Position numbers and translations under genes: made by a program
Shown: one piece after another, positions 27,128 through 36,931 of the stretch
Position numbering within the stretch: position 1 is the first letter of the stretch
Layout: each line of letters opens with the position of its first letter
Source: an uncultured bacterium
GTDB lineage: Bacteria > Fidelibacterota > Marinisomatia > Marinisomatales > UBA1611
Direction: 5' to 3'
Assembly (NCBI GenBank): GCA_964586315.1
Contig: CAZPHE010000001.1
Span: 29,125 to 93,124 of the forward strand
Length of the DNA: 64,000 nt
Notes under the pieces: generated by a model
What the model was told of the DNA's origin: nothing
The model's database searches: none
What the model saw: the letters and a program-made list of their open reading frames with translations, nothing else

Positions 27128-28049
27128 ACCAAAACAGATCCTCACGATCTTTAAAAGATTGATACAGGAGATCCATTGATTCAATCACATAATAACGATC
27201 TTGTATATCGCTATAATCAAAACAGGTCATTACGATTTCTTCGATATCAAAATTTTTAAATTTAGATCGATGTGATAATCCCTTTGCGCAATTGATAACA
27301 TTATTTACTTCATCGTATGAAGAAATAATACCGGCACCATATATTTCATAATCTATATCATTAGCTACTCTTCGTAATTGATCTGCTGTGCTGTTGTTTT
27401 TAAGCAATCCATATTCATATGTCCACCATGCAAAATTTTGTAATCGTTTTAAATTATGCGATACGAGATCTTTTCCCAATCCTCGATCATCTTTAAGAAT
27501 TTTATTTCCTAAAACACCAATTTCCCACATGAATTGCGCATAATCTTTATTCATTAAAAAGGGTACATGCGCTTGAACATCATGAAAAATATCTGGCTCA
27601 GGCGTATATCCTGAATCGTTTTGGATGTCTACATCCGAATATTTTTCTGCAAACCTTGGTGATTTCCTAATTATATCCGTTACAGGAAATTGCCGCTTTG
27701 TGTTGATTTCAAAAAATAACTCCTCATCTAAAAAGCCCGCCACAGGTAACAAAGTCCAACCTGTTGAATTTTCTATTAACGGTGAAATAGCTTCAAATTC
27801 CGGGAACATATTATTGGGGATCGGTAAGGTGCGCAAACCCATTAAATACTCTTTTGATGCATATTGATCTAAATAAAACTCCAGTTTTTGGAATAGCTCT
27901 GCCCAGATTTTATTTTCTAAATTGGTGATCTCATCATATCTCTGCCTTTTAATATATGAGTCATTTATTCCAAATATTTTAATCCCATCTATACTATTAG
28001 GTATTATATTCTTAAAAAGGTGATTGTATTTTGTCGATTTAGAAACCAT
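27117..28049 (-). CDS. phhA: aromatic amino acid hydroxylase family protein (phenylalanine-4-hydroxylase-like)
   Basis: Iron-ligand motif EPDIFHDVQAHVPFL (H-x4-H). WWTYEYGLL matches the YWFTVEFGL Glu-ligand block. IYGAGIISSYDE and the TGW..LPVAGF substrate-region pattern are present. Confidence 0.8.
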   Translation of the reverse strand: MVSKSTKYNHLFKNIIPNSIDGIKIFGINDSYIKRQRYDEITNLENKIWAELFQKLEFYLDQYASKEYLMGLRTLPIPNNMFPEFEAISPLIENSTGWTLLPVAGFLDEELFFEINTKRQFPVTDIIRKSPRFAEKYSDVDIQNDSGYTPEPDIFHDVQAHVPFLMNKDYAQFMWEIGVLGNKILKDDRGLGKDLVSHNLKRLQNFAWWTYEYGLLKNNSTADQLRRVANDIDYEIYGAGIISSYDEVNNVINCAKGLSHRSKFKNFDIEEIVMTCFDYSDIQDRYYVIESMDLLYQSFKDREDLFWYEG

Positions 28050-28097
28050 TAAGTATCTGTTTATATCATAAAATTAATAGTTTTTACATATATGATC

Positions 28098-28433
28098 CTA
28101 CCGAAGCCATATATAGGTCACGGCGGAATTATTTTGACCAAAATCAGGGTCGAATTCGATAACACATTCTGATCTCATATCGGAAGCTTTGATATTGAAC
28201 ATGTGATAATTTTCTCCATATATAACATCCTGGAAACGGCCCTCCTGTTCTTTGCACCATCGGCGGACAGCTTCTCTCAGTTTTCCAGTTCCGTGTCCAG
28301 TGATAACTTTAATCACTTTAACGGTTCCATCAAAGGCGAATTTGCTCACAGTTGTTTCCAATACTAAAATAGCTTTTTCTAAACTTAAATTAGAATGTCC
28401 AATATCTATAATTTTTATTTTTTCTTTGCTCAT
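28098..28433 (-). CDS. Smr-domain-like small protein
   Basis: 111 aa. IIDIGHSNLSLEKA...VIKVITGHGTGKLREAVRRW resembles the Smr pattern (DLHG...A....iIhGkGtG.Lr.av..wL). The first motif is divergent. Confidence 0.5.
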   Translation of the reverse strand: MSKEKIKIIDIGHSNLSLEKAILVLETTVSKFAFDGTVKVIKVITGHGTGKLREAVRRWCKEQEGRFQDVIYGENYHMFNIKASDMRSECVIEFDPDFGQNNSAVTYIWLR

Positions 28434-28494
28434 ATTATCTCATGAAATTACCTGTCTTTTTAATAATTTTATAATCTGATAAAAAAGGAACAAG

Positions 28495-29460
28495 ATGAGA
28501 AAAATTGTTTTAGGAAGAACCAATGCCTCCATATCAGCTATTAGTTTAGGTACCTGGGCATTTGGCGGAGCTAACATGAGCGGGAAAATCCCAGTTGGGT
28601 GGAGTGGACAAAATGATTGGGATTCCAAAGACGCTCTAATTAGAGCCTGGGAATTAGATATCAATCATTGGGACACTGCAGATGTTTATGGCGAAGGAAA
28701 TTCTGAAAAAATTATTGGAGGCATGTGGAATATAATACCACGAGATAAAATTTTTCTAGCAACTAAAGTGGGTTGGGATAAAGGGCCTTACGATCATTGG
28801 TATAACCCCAAACAAATGAAAATTAACATGGAACGTTCTTTGATTAATTTAAAAAGTGATTATATAGACGTAATCTATTTACACCACTGTAACTTTGGTA
28901 AAGATGATCAATATTTTGATGATGCATTAGAAACCTTAAAACGATTTCAAAAAGAAGGCAAGACACGCTTTATCGGCTTATCAGACTGGTCTTCTGATAG
29001 AATAATGCAATTTATTGGTAGGTGCAAACCTGATATAATACAAGTATATAGAAATATAATGGATGATGATTATGAATCATCAGGTTTAAAAGGTGTTATA
29101 GATCAAAAAAACTTAGGAGTTTGTTTTTTTTCCCCTCTTAAGCATGGACTCCTTACAGGTAAATATCAAAAACCTGCCACGTTTGATATTGGAGACCATC
29201 GGTCTCGAGTTAAAGCATTTTCAGATAAAGGTGTTATAAAAAAACTAAAAATTAATCGGATAAAATTAGAAAAAAAATTTTCTAATCACCCAAATCCAAC
29301 AATATATGGTGTCATAAATGCGTTATTTTATGATGCTCCTACCGGATGTGTTTTAATTGGTCAGAGAAATATTTATCAAGTAGAGACAGCAGCATCCTTA
29401 GGCGAACTACTTTCTGAAGATGATAGTAGGTGGGTCAAATCAATATATAAAAACCTTTAG
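28495..29460 (+). CDS. aldo/keto reductase
   Basis: LGTWAFGG, WDTADVYGEGNSEKIIG, IDVIYLHHCN and GLSDWS motifs of the AKR superfamily (catalytic D/Y/K/H context). Confidence 0.85.
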   Translation: MRKIVLGRTNASISAISLGTWAFGGANMSGKIPVGWSGQNDWDSKDALIRAWELDINHWDTADVYGEGNSEKIIGGMWNIIPRDKIFLATKVGWDKGPYDHWYNPKQMKINMERSLINLKSDYIDVIYLHHCNFGKDDQYFDDALETLKRFQKEGKTRFIGLSDWSSDRIMQFIGRCKPDIIQVYRNIMDDDYESSGLKGVIDQKNLGVCFFSPLKHGLLTGKYQKPATFDIGDHRSRVKAFSDKGVIKKLKINRIKLEKKFSNHPNPTIYGVINALFYDAPTGCVLIGQRNIYQVETAASLGELLSEDDSRWVKSIYKNL

Positions 29461-29468
29461 TCTGTTTT

Positions 29469-30260
29469 ATGTCTCCTCCTTATAACCAAAATCACAAACA
29501 GCTTTCAAACATTGGATTCTGCTTTTTACCTAAAATTTTTTCCCAAAAAAGAGCGTTAATTGCTCGTGATGCACTTTGGGAAATAATTAATGGCAATTAT
29601 TCCACTGGAAGAACACCTGAAAGAAGGTTTTGGAACTTAGGAGATGATCCTGCAGCAATAATAAAAATTGACAAACCTCATTTATGTAATAAATATGTTT
29701 GGAATTTGGTTACTAATCGTGAGTTCGGAAAAGCATTGGCAAAAGCAACTAATGCAAAAAAAATCCAAGTGTGGCATTCGCAAGTGGTTTGGAAACCCAA
29801 AAGTGTAAAAAACAAGGGGAATGCGGGTTGGCATAGAGACGCACAATACTGGCCCTTTTGGAGCTTGAATGGATTGTACACAGCCTGGATAGCCCTATCC
29901 AACGTATGTTTAAAATCTGGACCAGTAAGGTTTATTGCGGGATCCAACCATTGGGATGAGATAAAAGGCATGGATTTTTTTGATCAAAACCTAAACTACC
30001 AAAACCGTATTTTAGATCAATACCATAAAAACAGAAAAATAGTTGATGCAATATTAAAAATTGGTGAAGTTAGCATACATTCATCTCTCACCTATCATTC
30101 ATCAATGGCAAACAAACTTCAAAAACCACGAGTTGGAATGGTTGTTCATTTTTGCACTAATGAAGCAAAAAGAATTGAAATGGATGGGAAAAATGAAAAG
30201 TATTTAAATCAAATCAATGATCCAGCTATCGCTCCTGTAATCTATCAAAGCAAACATTGA
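29469..30260 (+). CDS. phytanoyl-CoA dioxygenase (PhyH) family Fe(II)/2-oxoglutarate oxygenase
   Basis: GWHRDAQYWP (H-x-D) and a distal His in VSIHSSLTYHSS. The size and layout are typical of PhyH-family proteins. Confidence 0.7.
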   Translation: MSPPYNQNHKQLSNIGFCFLPKIFSQKRALIARDALWEIINGNYSTGRTPERRFWNLGDDPAAIIKIDKPHLCNKYVWNLVTNREFGKALAKATNAKKIQVWHSQVVWKPKSVKNKGNAGWHRDAQYWPFWSLNGLYTAWIALSNVCLKSGPVRFIAGSNHWDEIKGMDFFDQNLNYQNRILDQYHKNRKIVDAILKIGEVSIHSSLTYHSSMANKLQKPRVGMVVHFCTNEAKRIEMDGKNEKYLNQINDPAIAPVIYQSKH

Positions 30261-31033
30261 TGAAAAATCCTAAAAAGCAATTTAAGAATAATGGTTATTT
30301 TTTAGCTAAAAATTTATTTACAATAGAAAAAATTAAAAGATTAGAAAAAGAATTTGATAAAATAATAAAACAATTAAATAATAGCAGAGAAAATATTAAT
30401 GCACATTGGAATAGTGTTTTAACAAAAAACATTGATCATGTTAATGCAAAAGTTGTTCACTCACACAATGTTCAAAGTTATTCTTCAATTATGCTTGATA
30501 TGATTCAAAATAAAAAATTGCTAGATCTTGCGGAATTGTTTATTGGACCCGATATTGTTTTACATCACACTAAATTATTTTTAAAACCACCTATAATAGG
30601 GAGCGCATTCCCCTTGCATCAAGATTGGTCATATTTCCCAACGAAAAACAACTCAATGATAGCTGTGGTTATCCATTTATCTGATTCTACAGAAAAAATG
30701 GGCTGTATCAGGCTAATTCCCGGTTCAAATAAATTAGGAAAAATAAACAAATCAGATGGGCATAGTTATATTAATGATATACATGGAAAATATTCATTGA
30801 ATAAGTCAACTCCAATTATAGCAAAAAAAAGTGATGTGTTGTTTTTTCATTGTTGCACTTTTCATGGTTCTATGCCAAACAAATCACAATCTCCAAGAAA
30901 AACCATTCTTATACAATTATATTCAGGAAATGATAAAATACTGAGCGAAAGCAAACACACAAATATTCAACTTGTATTACGTGGTTGGAATTACAATGCT
31001 ACAAGAGAAAGCGTTGGAAGTATTAAGACTTAA
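30257..31033 (+). CDS. phytanoyl-CoA dioxygenase (PhyH) family Fe(II)/2-oxoglutarate oxygenase (second paralogue)
   Basis: FPLHQDWSYFP (H-x-D), a distal FHCCTFHGSMPNKS and a following R. There is a 4-nt overlap with the preceding PhyH gene. Confidence 0.75.
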   Translation: MMKNPKKQFKNNGYFLAKNLFTIEKIKRLEKEFDKIIKQLNNSRENINAHWNSVLTKNIDHVNAKVVHSHNVQSYSSIMLDMIQNKKLLDLAELFIGPDIVLHHTKLFLKPPIIGSAFPLHQDWSYFPTKNNSMIAVVIHLSDSTEKMGCIRLIPGSNKLGKINKSDGHSYINDIHGKYSLNKSTPIIAKKSDVLFFHCCTFHGSMPNKSQSPRKTILIQLYSGNDKILSESKHTNIQLVLRGWNYNATRESVGSIKT

Positions 31034-32505
31034 TTATTTAGATATTTACTAAATATCCAACCCATAAACATGGCGATTACAACAGATGGTAGCATAACAT
31101 CAATCTTATCAAAATATGGTCCAATATAATTGATATTTGGTGCCATAAATTTAAAAAACGGGACACAGAAAAATCCTGAAACCATTGATACAATTGCACC
31201 TTTTTCTGTAAAATTTTTCCAAAAAATTGAAAGAATAATTGCTGGGCAAAATGTAGCAGCAATACCAGACCATCCAAAAATAACAAACCAAAAAACTGTT
31301 CTTGTAGGTGATAAAACAGATACAACCAATGCAACAGATAATGCCAAAACAGCAAGCACCAAAGTGGTGATCTTAGAAAGCAACACCAATAAAGGTTCGC
31401 TTGCACTAGGGTTGATTAATTTTTGATAAAAATCTCTAGTTACTGCACTAGATGCCACTACTAATAATGAATCAACTGTTGACATAACTGCAGATAAAAC
31501 AGCAGCAATATAAACCCCTACAACAACTATCGGCATAACTTGACCAATTAACAATGCCAAAACATCTTCACCTCCATTTCCTAGAATTACTTCTGGGTTA
31601 TATCCAGACTTTGTAAACATAAATCTTCCTAAAATCCCAATAATTACTGCTGATGAATCAGTTAATAGCGTATATCCAATTGCAACCCACTTCCCTTTTT
31701 CTATTTCATTTTCATTTTTGATTGCTATAAAACGCACATAAACCTGTGGAGAGCCCATAAACCCAATACCAATTGATAAAAGTCCTAAAATTGTAGCTAG
31801 ATTTATTAGAGTAAAGCCATCTGTGCCCCATATATTTAATAAGCTTGGATCAATTAATATTAAACCATGAATAATAGATTCATAGTTTTCGAGACTTAAA
31901 TAAGTAACCAGTGGTAAAATCACAAGCCCAACAAACATTAATATGCCTTGAAAAAAATCCGACCACGCTACAGCAACAAAACCTCCAAATACAATATATA
32001 ACACTACGATACCAAAACCCAGACTGATTCCAGTATAATAGTTTAAGCCCAAAAAAGATTCAAATGTTTTCCCCGTTATATCTATTTGGGCACTCACATA
32101 AACTATAACAAATAATGACAGTGCTGTTGCTGAAACTAGTCGTAAATGGTTGTTTTCTGATTTAAAATGACTAACAAGAAAATCTGTTATTGTTATGGAA
32201 TTATACTCGTCAGTCATTCGTTTAAATTTTTTTGCCATAAATTGCCAAGATATCCAAACTCCTAAAACTTCACCGGCAACCACCCAAAAAGCACTAACGC
32301 CCATTAATGCCCCCATACCAGTAACGCCAATCAATAACCAACCTGATTCACCTGTGGCTCGAGCAGATAATGCCGCGATCCAATAACCTAGTTTTTTACC
32401 ACCAACATAATAATCAGAAATATTTGTTACTTTTCGAGAAGCAAAATATCCTATACTAATAAGTATTGAAAAATAAACGAACAATACAAATAGTTTTATT
32501 GTCAT
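31030..32505 (-). CDS. sodium:solute symporter family transporter
   Basis: 491 aa with about 13 hydrophobic helices. The N-terminal YYVGGKKLGYWIAALSARATGESGWLLIG is characteristic of SSF (PutP/PanF-like) carriers. Confidence 0.85.
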   Translation of the reverse strand: MTIKLFVLFVYFSILISIGYFASRKVTNISDYYVGGKKLGYWIAALSARATGESGWLLIGVTGMGALMGVSAFWVVAGEVLGVWISWQFMAKKFKRMTDEYNSITITDFLVSHFKSENNHLRLVSATALSLFVIVYVSAQIDITGKTFESFLGLNYYTGISLGFGIVVLYIVFGGFVAVAWSDFFQGILMFVGLVILPLVTYLSLENYESIIHGLILIDPSLLNIWGTDGFTLINLATILGLLSIGIGFMGSPQVYVRFIAIKNENEIEKGKWVAIGYTLLTDSSAVIIGILGRFMFTKSGYNPEVILGNGGEDVLALLIGQVMPIVVVGVYIAAVLSAVMSTVDSLLVVASSAVTRDFYQKLINPSASEPLLVLLSKITTLVLAVLALSVALVVSVLSPTRTVFWFVIFGWSGIAATFCPAIILSIFWKNFTEKGAIVSMVSGFFCVPFFKFMAPNINYIGPYFDKIDVMLPSVVIAMFMGWIFSKYLNN

Positions 32506-32540
32506 AATTTTAAATATCGTATGACATTGAAGAGACGCCT

Positions 32541-33590
32541 CTATTTCTGAGGAAGCAACACTTCCATTGTAGGATAAGGGATTGTGATTTGATGTTGGGA
32601 AAACTGTTTATATATTTCTGTATTAACTGCATCAACTGTTCTACCTCGCTTTTCTGGTTTTTGAATCCAAAAAAGCAACTGCAGACGTAACCCATGATCG
32701 GCAAATTCCCTAAAACGAACTCTGGGCTCTGGGTCAGATAAAACATTTTCATTGTTTTTAGCAATGTCAATTAATACTCTTTTTGCATCATCAATATTGG
32801 AATTATAGGAAATTAGAAGAGTTATTCGCACGCGTTCAATTTCTTCAGGGCCTCCACTTTCATTTACTATTTTAGATGTGGCTATAACTGAATTTGGAAT
32901 TGTTATTTCAATGTCATCTCGGGTCATGAAGCGCGTTGACCTTATTCCCATTTGTTTAACATATCCTCTTTCTCCTGTCTCTAATAAAATATAATCACCC
33001 TCTTTAAAAGGAGCATCTGCCATTAAAAAAACTCCAGCAAAAAAATTGGAAACAGTATCCTTCGCTGCTAAACCCAACACAACTCCCAACACACCCGCTG
33101 AAGCTAGTATTCCATTAATATTTATATCCCAACTTAGAAAAACAAAATAAACACCAAATAAACCAATGGCTATTTTTCCTAGATTATTAAAAAGCGGAAG
33201 AGTATTCTTCTTTAAAAATGATGTGGCTTTTTGCCTAGATGCCCATTCCATGGATAAAACTAATATTTTTGACACCACAAAAAGCCAAATAATAATAGTA
33301 ATGGTTTTAAAAACGCCTACAAAGGCAAACTCAATATATGCTGGGAGCTTTGCCGTTTTAATTGAAATAATAAAACCAATAAATAGTATTGAATAAAAAA
33401 TCGGCCTATGAAGCAGTTGGAGAATCCGGTCATCTAAAGATGTTTTTGTTTTATCAACTACCCGTTTAAAAATTATTGTAAATACAACGTCTATTAATTT
33501 AGCAGATATAATGGAAATCAAAATTAATGCAACGCCTTTCAACGCAGGATTAGAAAAGACTATATTATAATATTTGCTAAGTTCAGTCAT
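32541..33590 (-). CDS. mechanosensitive ion channel (MscS family)
   Basis: N-terminal TM helices followed by the pore and beta-domain pattern GVLGVVLGLAAKDTVSNFFAGVFLMADAPFKEGDYI. Confidence 0.85.
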   Translation of the reverse strand: MTELSKYYNIVFSNPALKGVALILISIISAKLIDVVFTIIFKRVVDKTKTSLDDRILQLLHRPIFYSILFIGFIISIKTAKLPAYIEFAFVGVFKTITIIIWLFVVSKILVLSMEWASRQKATSFLKKNTLPLFNNLGKIAIGLFGVYFVFLSWDININGILASAGVLGVVLGLAAKDTVSNFFAGVFLMADAPFKEGDYILLETGERGYVKQMGIRSTRFMTRDDIEITIPNSVIATSKIVNESGGPEEIERVRITLLISYNSNIDDAKRVLIDIAKNNENVLSDPEPRVRFREFADHGLRLQLLFWIQKPEKRGRTVDAVNTEIYKQFSQHQITIPYPTMEVLLPQK

Positions 33591-33672
33591 ATGACTCCTA
33601 ATTATAAATAATTAATGTTTGCTTTTTAAGTAAAAATTAATTTTACAAAGCAAAAATTGTTGATCCTTGGTT

Positions 33673-34479
33673 TTATTTTTTATATGCTTGGAACAATTGA
33701 GGGTTTTCTTTAAATGCTTTGATTGGTGTGCTTACACCCGCAATACCAGATTTCCTAAGATATCTAACCCGTTCAAAATCAATAACGGCTGTTTGCATAT
33801 ACGCTCCTTCTCCGCTTTCCTGTAGTACAAATCCTTCTGGATCAATAATCATAGAACCTCCTACTCCTCCAAATCCTACTCCATTACATGAAACGATATA
33901 ACACTGTTGTGTAATTGCAGCTGCCCTTGCTATTACCTGCTCTTGATATCTGTCTCCTGTTGTTGTCATTGTTGGAACTACTATCAGTTCAGCCCCAATG
34001 CTGGTTAAATCTCTAGCAACTTCAGGAAACCACAAATCATAACAAATCATAATCCCAATGGCACCAACACCTTCAATAGAAAAAACAAATGGTTCTTTAC
34101 CTGGTTTTGTTTGTTCATAAGGACACCAGGGATATCTTTTACGATATTTCCCCACTAAATCTCCTTGAGGTGAAAAAACAGGAGTGGTGTTAAAAATATC
34201 ATCTCCTGACCTTTCATAAATACTACCTGGGATTAACCACACGCCATAACGTTTAGCTAATGTTGAAAATGACATTGTTAAGTTTCCAGGTATTTCTTCA
34301 GCTTGCTCATGCATATCCAGAGTCAAATCAATAAGTGACAGCTCTGGAAAAACAACCATATTAATTTGTGGAAATAATTTATTAATATGAATCAATTGTT
34401 TCTCAGCTTCTAATAAATTTTTCTTTTGTTCTTTATGAACAAACATCTGAAGCGAGGCAATAGTAATAGGGTTGTTCAT
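33673..34479 (-). CDS. carbon-nitrogen hydrolase (nitrilase superfamily)
   Basis: E-K-C triad contexts: VVFPELS, YRKRYPW and GIMICYDLWFPE. Confidence 0.8.
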   Translation of the reverse strand: MNNPITIASLQMFVHKEQKKNLLEAEKQLIHINKLFPQINMVVFPELSLIDLTLDMHEQAEEIPGNLTMSFSTLAKRYGVWLIPGSIYERSGDDIFNTTPVFSPQGDLVGKYRKRYPWCPYEQTKPGKEPFVFSIEGVGAIGIMICYDLWFPEVARDLTSIGAELIVVPTMTTTGDRYQEQVIARAAAITQQCYIVSCNGVGFGGVGGSMIIDPEGFVLQESGEGAYMQTAVIDFERVRYLRKSGIAGVSTPIKAFKENPQLFQAYKK

Positions 34480-34497
34480 TTGAAATTTCCTCCAAAA

Positions 34498-36060
34498 TTA
34501 TATATCATTTTTATGGGCCATCCACGCGTTAGAATCTATTAATTTTTTTGTATAATCGTGCGATGGGTTAAATAATACATCATCTTTATCTCCCAACTCA
34601 ATAATTTTTCCTTTATATAGTACTGCAATACGATCAGATATTTCTGAAACTACTTCCAAATCATGGGATATGAAAATATATGATATCTGGTTTTGGATTT
34701 GAATTGCTTTTAACAGTTCCAATATCTTGTCTTGAGTATGTATATCAAGCGCTGATGTGGGTTCATCTAATATTAATATTGATGGGTTTAGCATTAAAGC
34801 TCTAGCGATAGAAACCCGTTGTCGTTGTCCTCCTGATGTTTGATATGGAAATAACTGTAGTAGATTATGATCCAAATGAATTTTATTAAGCATATCCATT
34901 ATTTTAGTTTTCATACTTTTCGGTTCTTTAAGTCCACTTAAAATTAATGGTTCTGCTAATATATCATAGATAGTCATTCGGGGGTTTAAAGACCCAAAGC
35001 TATCTTGAAACACTGCTCCAATTATTTTATCTGACCTAGTTGTACTATCTTCATTTTGGTGTTCAGAGAAAATCACATCTCCAGAATCTCGCTCTATTAT
35101 ATTTAATATTGCTTTTACTAATGTTGTTTTTCCGCTTCCAGATTCTCCTATTATACCCAATGTTTCCCCTTTATAAATTTCAAATGTTACACCGTTTAAC
35201 GCTGAAACTGTTTTTATGTTTTTGCCATACGTTTTACTTAGGTTTTTTAAATGTAATATCGGCTCTGAACGGTTTTGATATTTTGGTTTTGATATTTTAT
35301 CTGGAATCTTTTTAAGATTTTTTATATATATATCACTAGACTTACCAACTGTTTTTCTATCATCTATATCTACTATTCTTCCTGATTGTAAAACTGCAAT
35401 TCTATCACAATATTTTTGGACACTAATTAAATCATGCGAAATAATCAGCACTGCAACCTGAAGATCTTTTTGGAGAGTGAATAATAGATTCAAAATCTCT
35501 ATTTTGATATTAGTATCTAAGCCTGTTGTTATCTCATCAGCAATAATAAAATCAGGATCAACCGACATAGCTAAAGCAATCATAATTCTTTGCATTTGGC
35601 CACCTGATAGTTGATGCGGATACCGGTCTAATATACCCGAGACATCATGAAGGCGCACCTTTTGAATCCATTCTAGAATATGTTTTTTTGCTTCAGTTTT
35701 ATCATAGCCAAATCTTTTGATAAGAATGATAGAGAACTGTGTTGCGATTGTTTGTAAAGGATTCAATGATTGCATTGGATCCTGGGGTATCATTGTTACT
35801 TTTATTCCTCGCAGTCTTGAAAGACTTGTAAATGAATCAAAAAAATGTGCAATGTGTCCACCAGAAATCAAGCATCCCTTTGGTACCAAGTCAATCAAGG
35901 CAAAACCAAGCATGCTTTTTCCACTTCCAGTCTGACCGACAAGGCCCAGTTTTTCACCTTTTTTAATATTTAGGTTTATTTTATCCAGTATGACTATCGG
36001 CTTAATTTTGGAAAGTGATTTAATTTCCAAATCTCTAATCTCATAAAGATTATTATTCAT
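34498..36060 (-). CDS. peptide/nickel-type ABC transporter, fused double ATPase
   Basis: Two Walker A sites (GQTGSGKS and GESGSGKT). Two signature motifs (LSGGQMQR and TSGGQRQR). Two Walker B sites (FIIADE and ILILDE). Confidence 0.9.
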   Translation of the reverse strand: MNNNLYEIRDLEIKSLSKIKPIVILDKINLNIKKGEKLGLVGQTGSGKSMLGFALIDLVPKGCLISGGHIAHFFDSFTSLSRLRGIKVTMIPQDPMQSLNPLQTIATQFSIILIKRFGYDKTEAKKHILEWIQKVRLHDVSGILDRYPHQLSGGQMQRIMIALAMSVDPDFIIADEITTGLDTNIKIEILNLLFTLQKDLQVAVLIISHDLISVQKYCDRIAVLQSGRIVDIDDRKTVGKSSDIYIKNLKKIPDKISKPKYQNRSEPILHLKNLSKTYGKNIKTVSALNGVTFEIYKGETLGIIGESGSGKTTLVKAILNIIERDSGDVIFSEHQNEDSTTRSDKIIGAVFQDSFGSLNPRMTIYDILAEPLILSGLKEPKSMKTKIMDMLNKIHLDHNLLQLFPYQTSGGQRQRVSIARALMLNPSILILDEPTSALDIHTQDKILELLKAIQIQNQISYIFISHDLEVVSEISDRIAVLYKGKIIELGDKDDVLFNPSHDYTKKLIDSNAWMAHKNDI

Positions 36061-36931
36061 TGTTTAAATTCTTTTCGTTAGAAGTAGCACGTAATTCATC
36101 GCCTATAATGTTAAATGAGGTAACTGTTAATACTATGAAAATTCCCGGGAAAAACACTTCCCACCAATGATTTATAAATTGTGCACGTGACTGTGTAATC
36201 AGCAACCCCCATTCCACATCTGGATGTTGTGCTCCTAAACCTATAAAAGAAAGTCCCGCTACAGTTAATATTGCATAGCCCGCATCAATAGTGGCTTGTG
36301 TTAAAATTGAGCTAAAACTGTTTGGTATTATGTGGGTTTTAATAATATGAAACTTGCCCGCACCCATGCTTCTGGATATAGAAACATAGTCCAAAGAAGA
36401 AATAATTAAAGCCTGAGATCGTGCTATTCTAACGTACCATGGGAACCAAGAAATTGAGATTCCAAGTATAACGCTATTTAATGATGGACCAAGTGCAGCG
36501 GCTATAGCAAGCGGCATTATTAAAGGAGGAAATGCTAGAAAACCATCGGTGATTCTCATTATTGCTTCATCAATTCGAGCGCCGGAAATCCCAGAAAACA
36601 TTCCAATAGGAACCCCTATCAAAATAGAAAAAAAAACAACCCCAAATGCTACTTTCAAGGAATAAAATCCGGCACGAATAGTAATGGTAAAGATGTCTCT
36701 ACCCGCTGTATCGGTACCAAACCAGTGAGAAAAAGATGGTGGTTGCCCTGCAATATCAAAATGGACAGCTCCATATATATCTTGTTCATATGGTGAGATA
36801 AATGGAATCAATACTGATAAGAAGAACAGACTACCCAGGAAGACGAGGGCAGGCACCACTGATTTTCTTAAAATTAAATTTTTTATAAATATTTTCATTT
36901 TATTTGTGTATTCTGGGATCAACAATTCCAT
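36053..36931 (-). CDS. ABC transporter permease (DppC/OppC-like)
   Basis: Six-helix BPD_transp_1-type permease with the EAA-like loop SISRSMGAGKFHIIKTHIIPN. It overlaps its neighbours. Confidence 0.85.
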   Translation of the reverse strand: MELLIPEYTNKMKIFIKNLILRKSVVPALVFLGSLFFLSVLIPFISPYEQDIYGAVHFDIAGQPPSFSHWFGTDTAGRDIFTITIRAGFYSLKVAFGVVFFSILIGVPIGMFSGISGARIDEAIMRITDGFLAFPPLIMPLAIAAALGPSLNSVILGISISWFPWYVRIARSQALIISSLDYVSISRSMGAGKFHIIKTHIIPNSFSSILTQATIDAGYAILTVAGLSFIGLGAQHPDVEWGLLITQSRAQFINHWWEVFFPGIFIVLTVTSFNIIGDELRATSNEKNLNNE

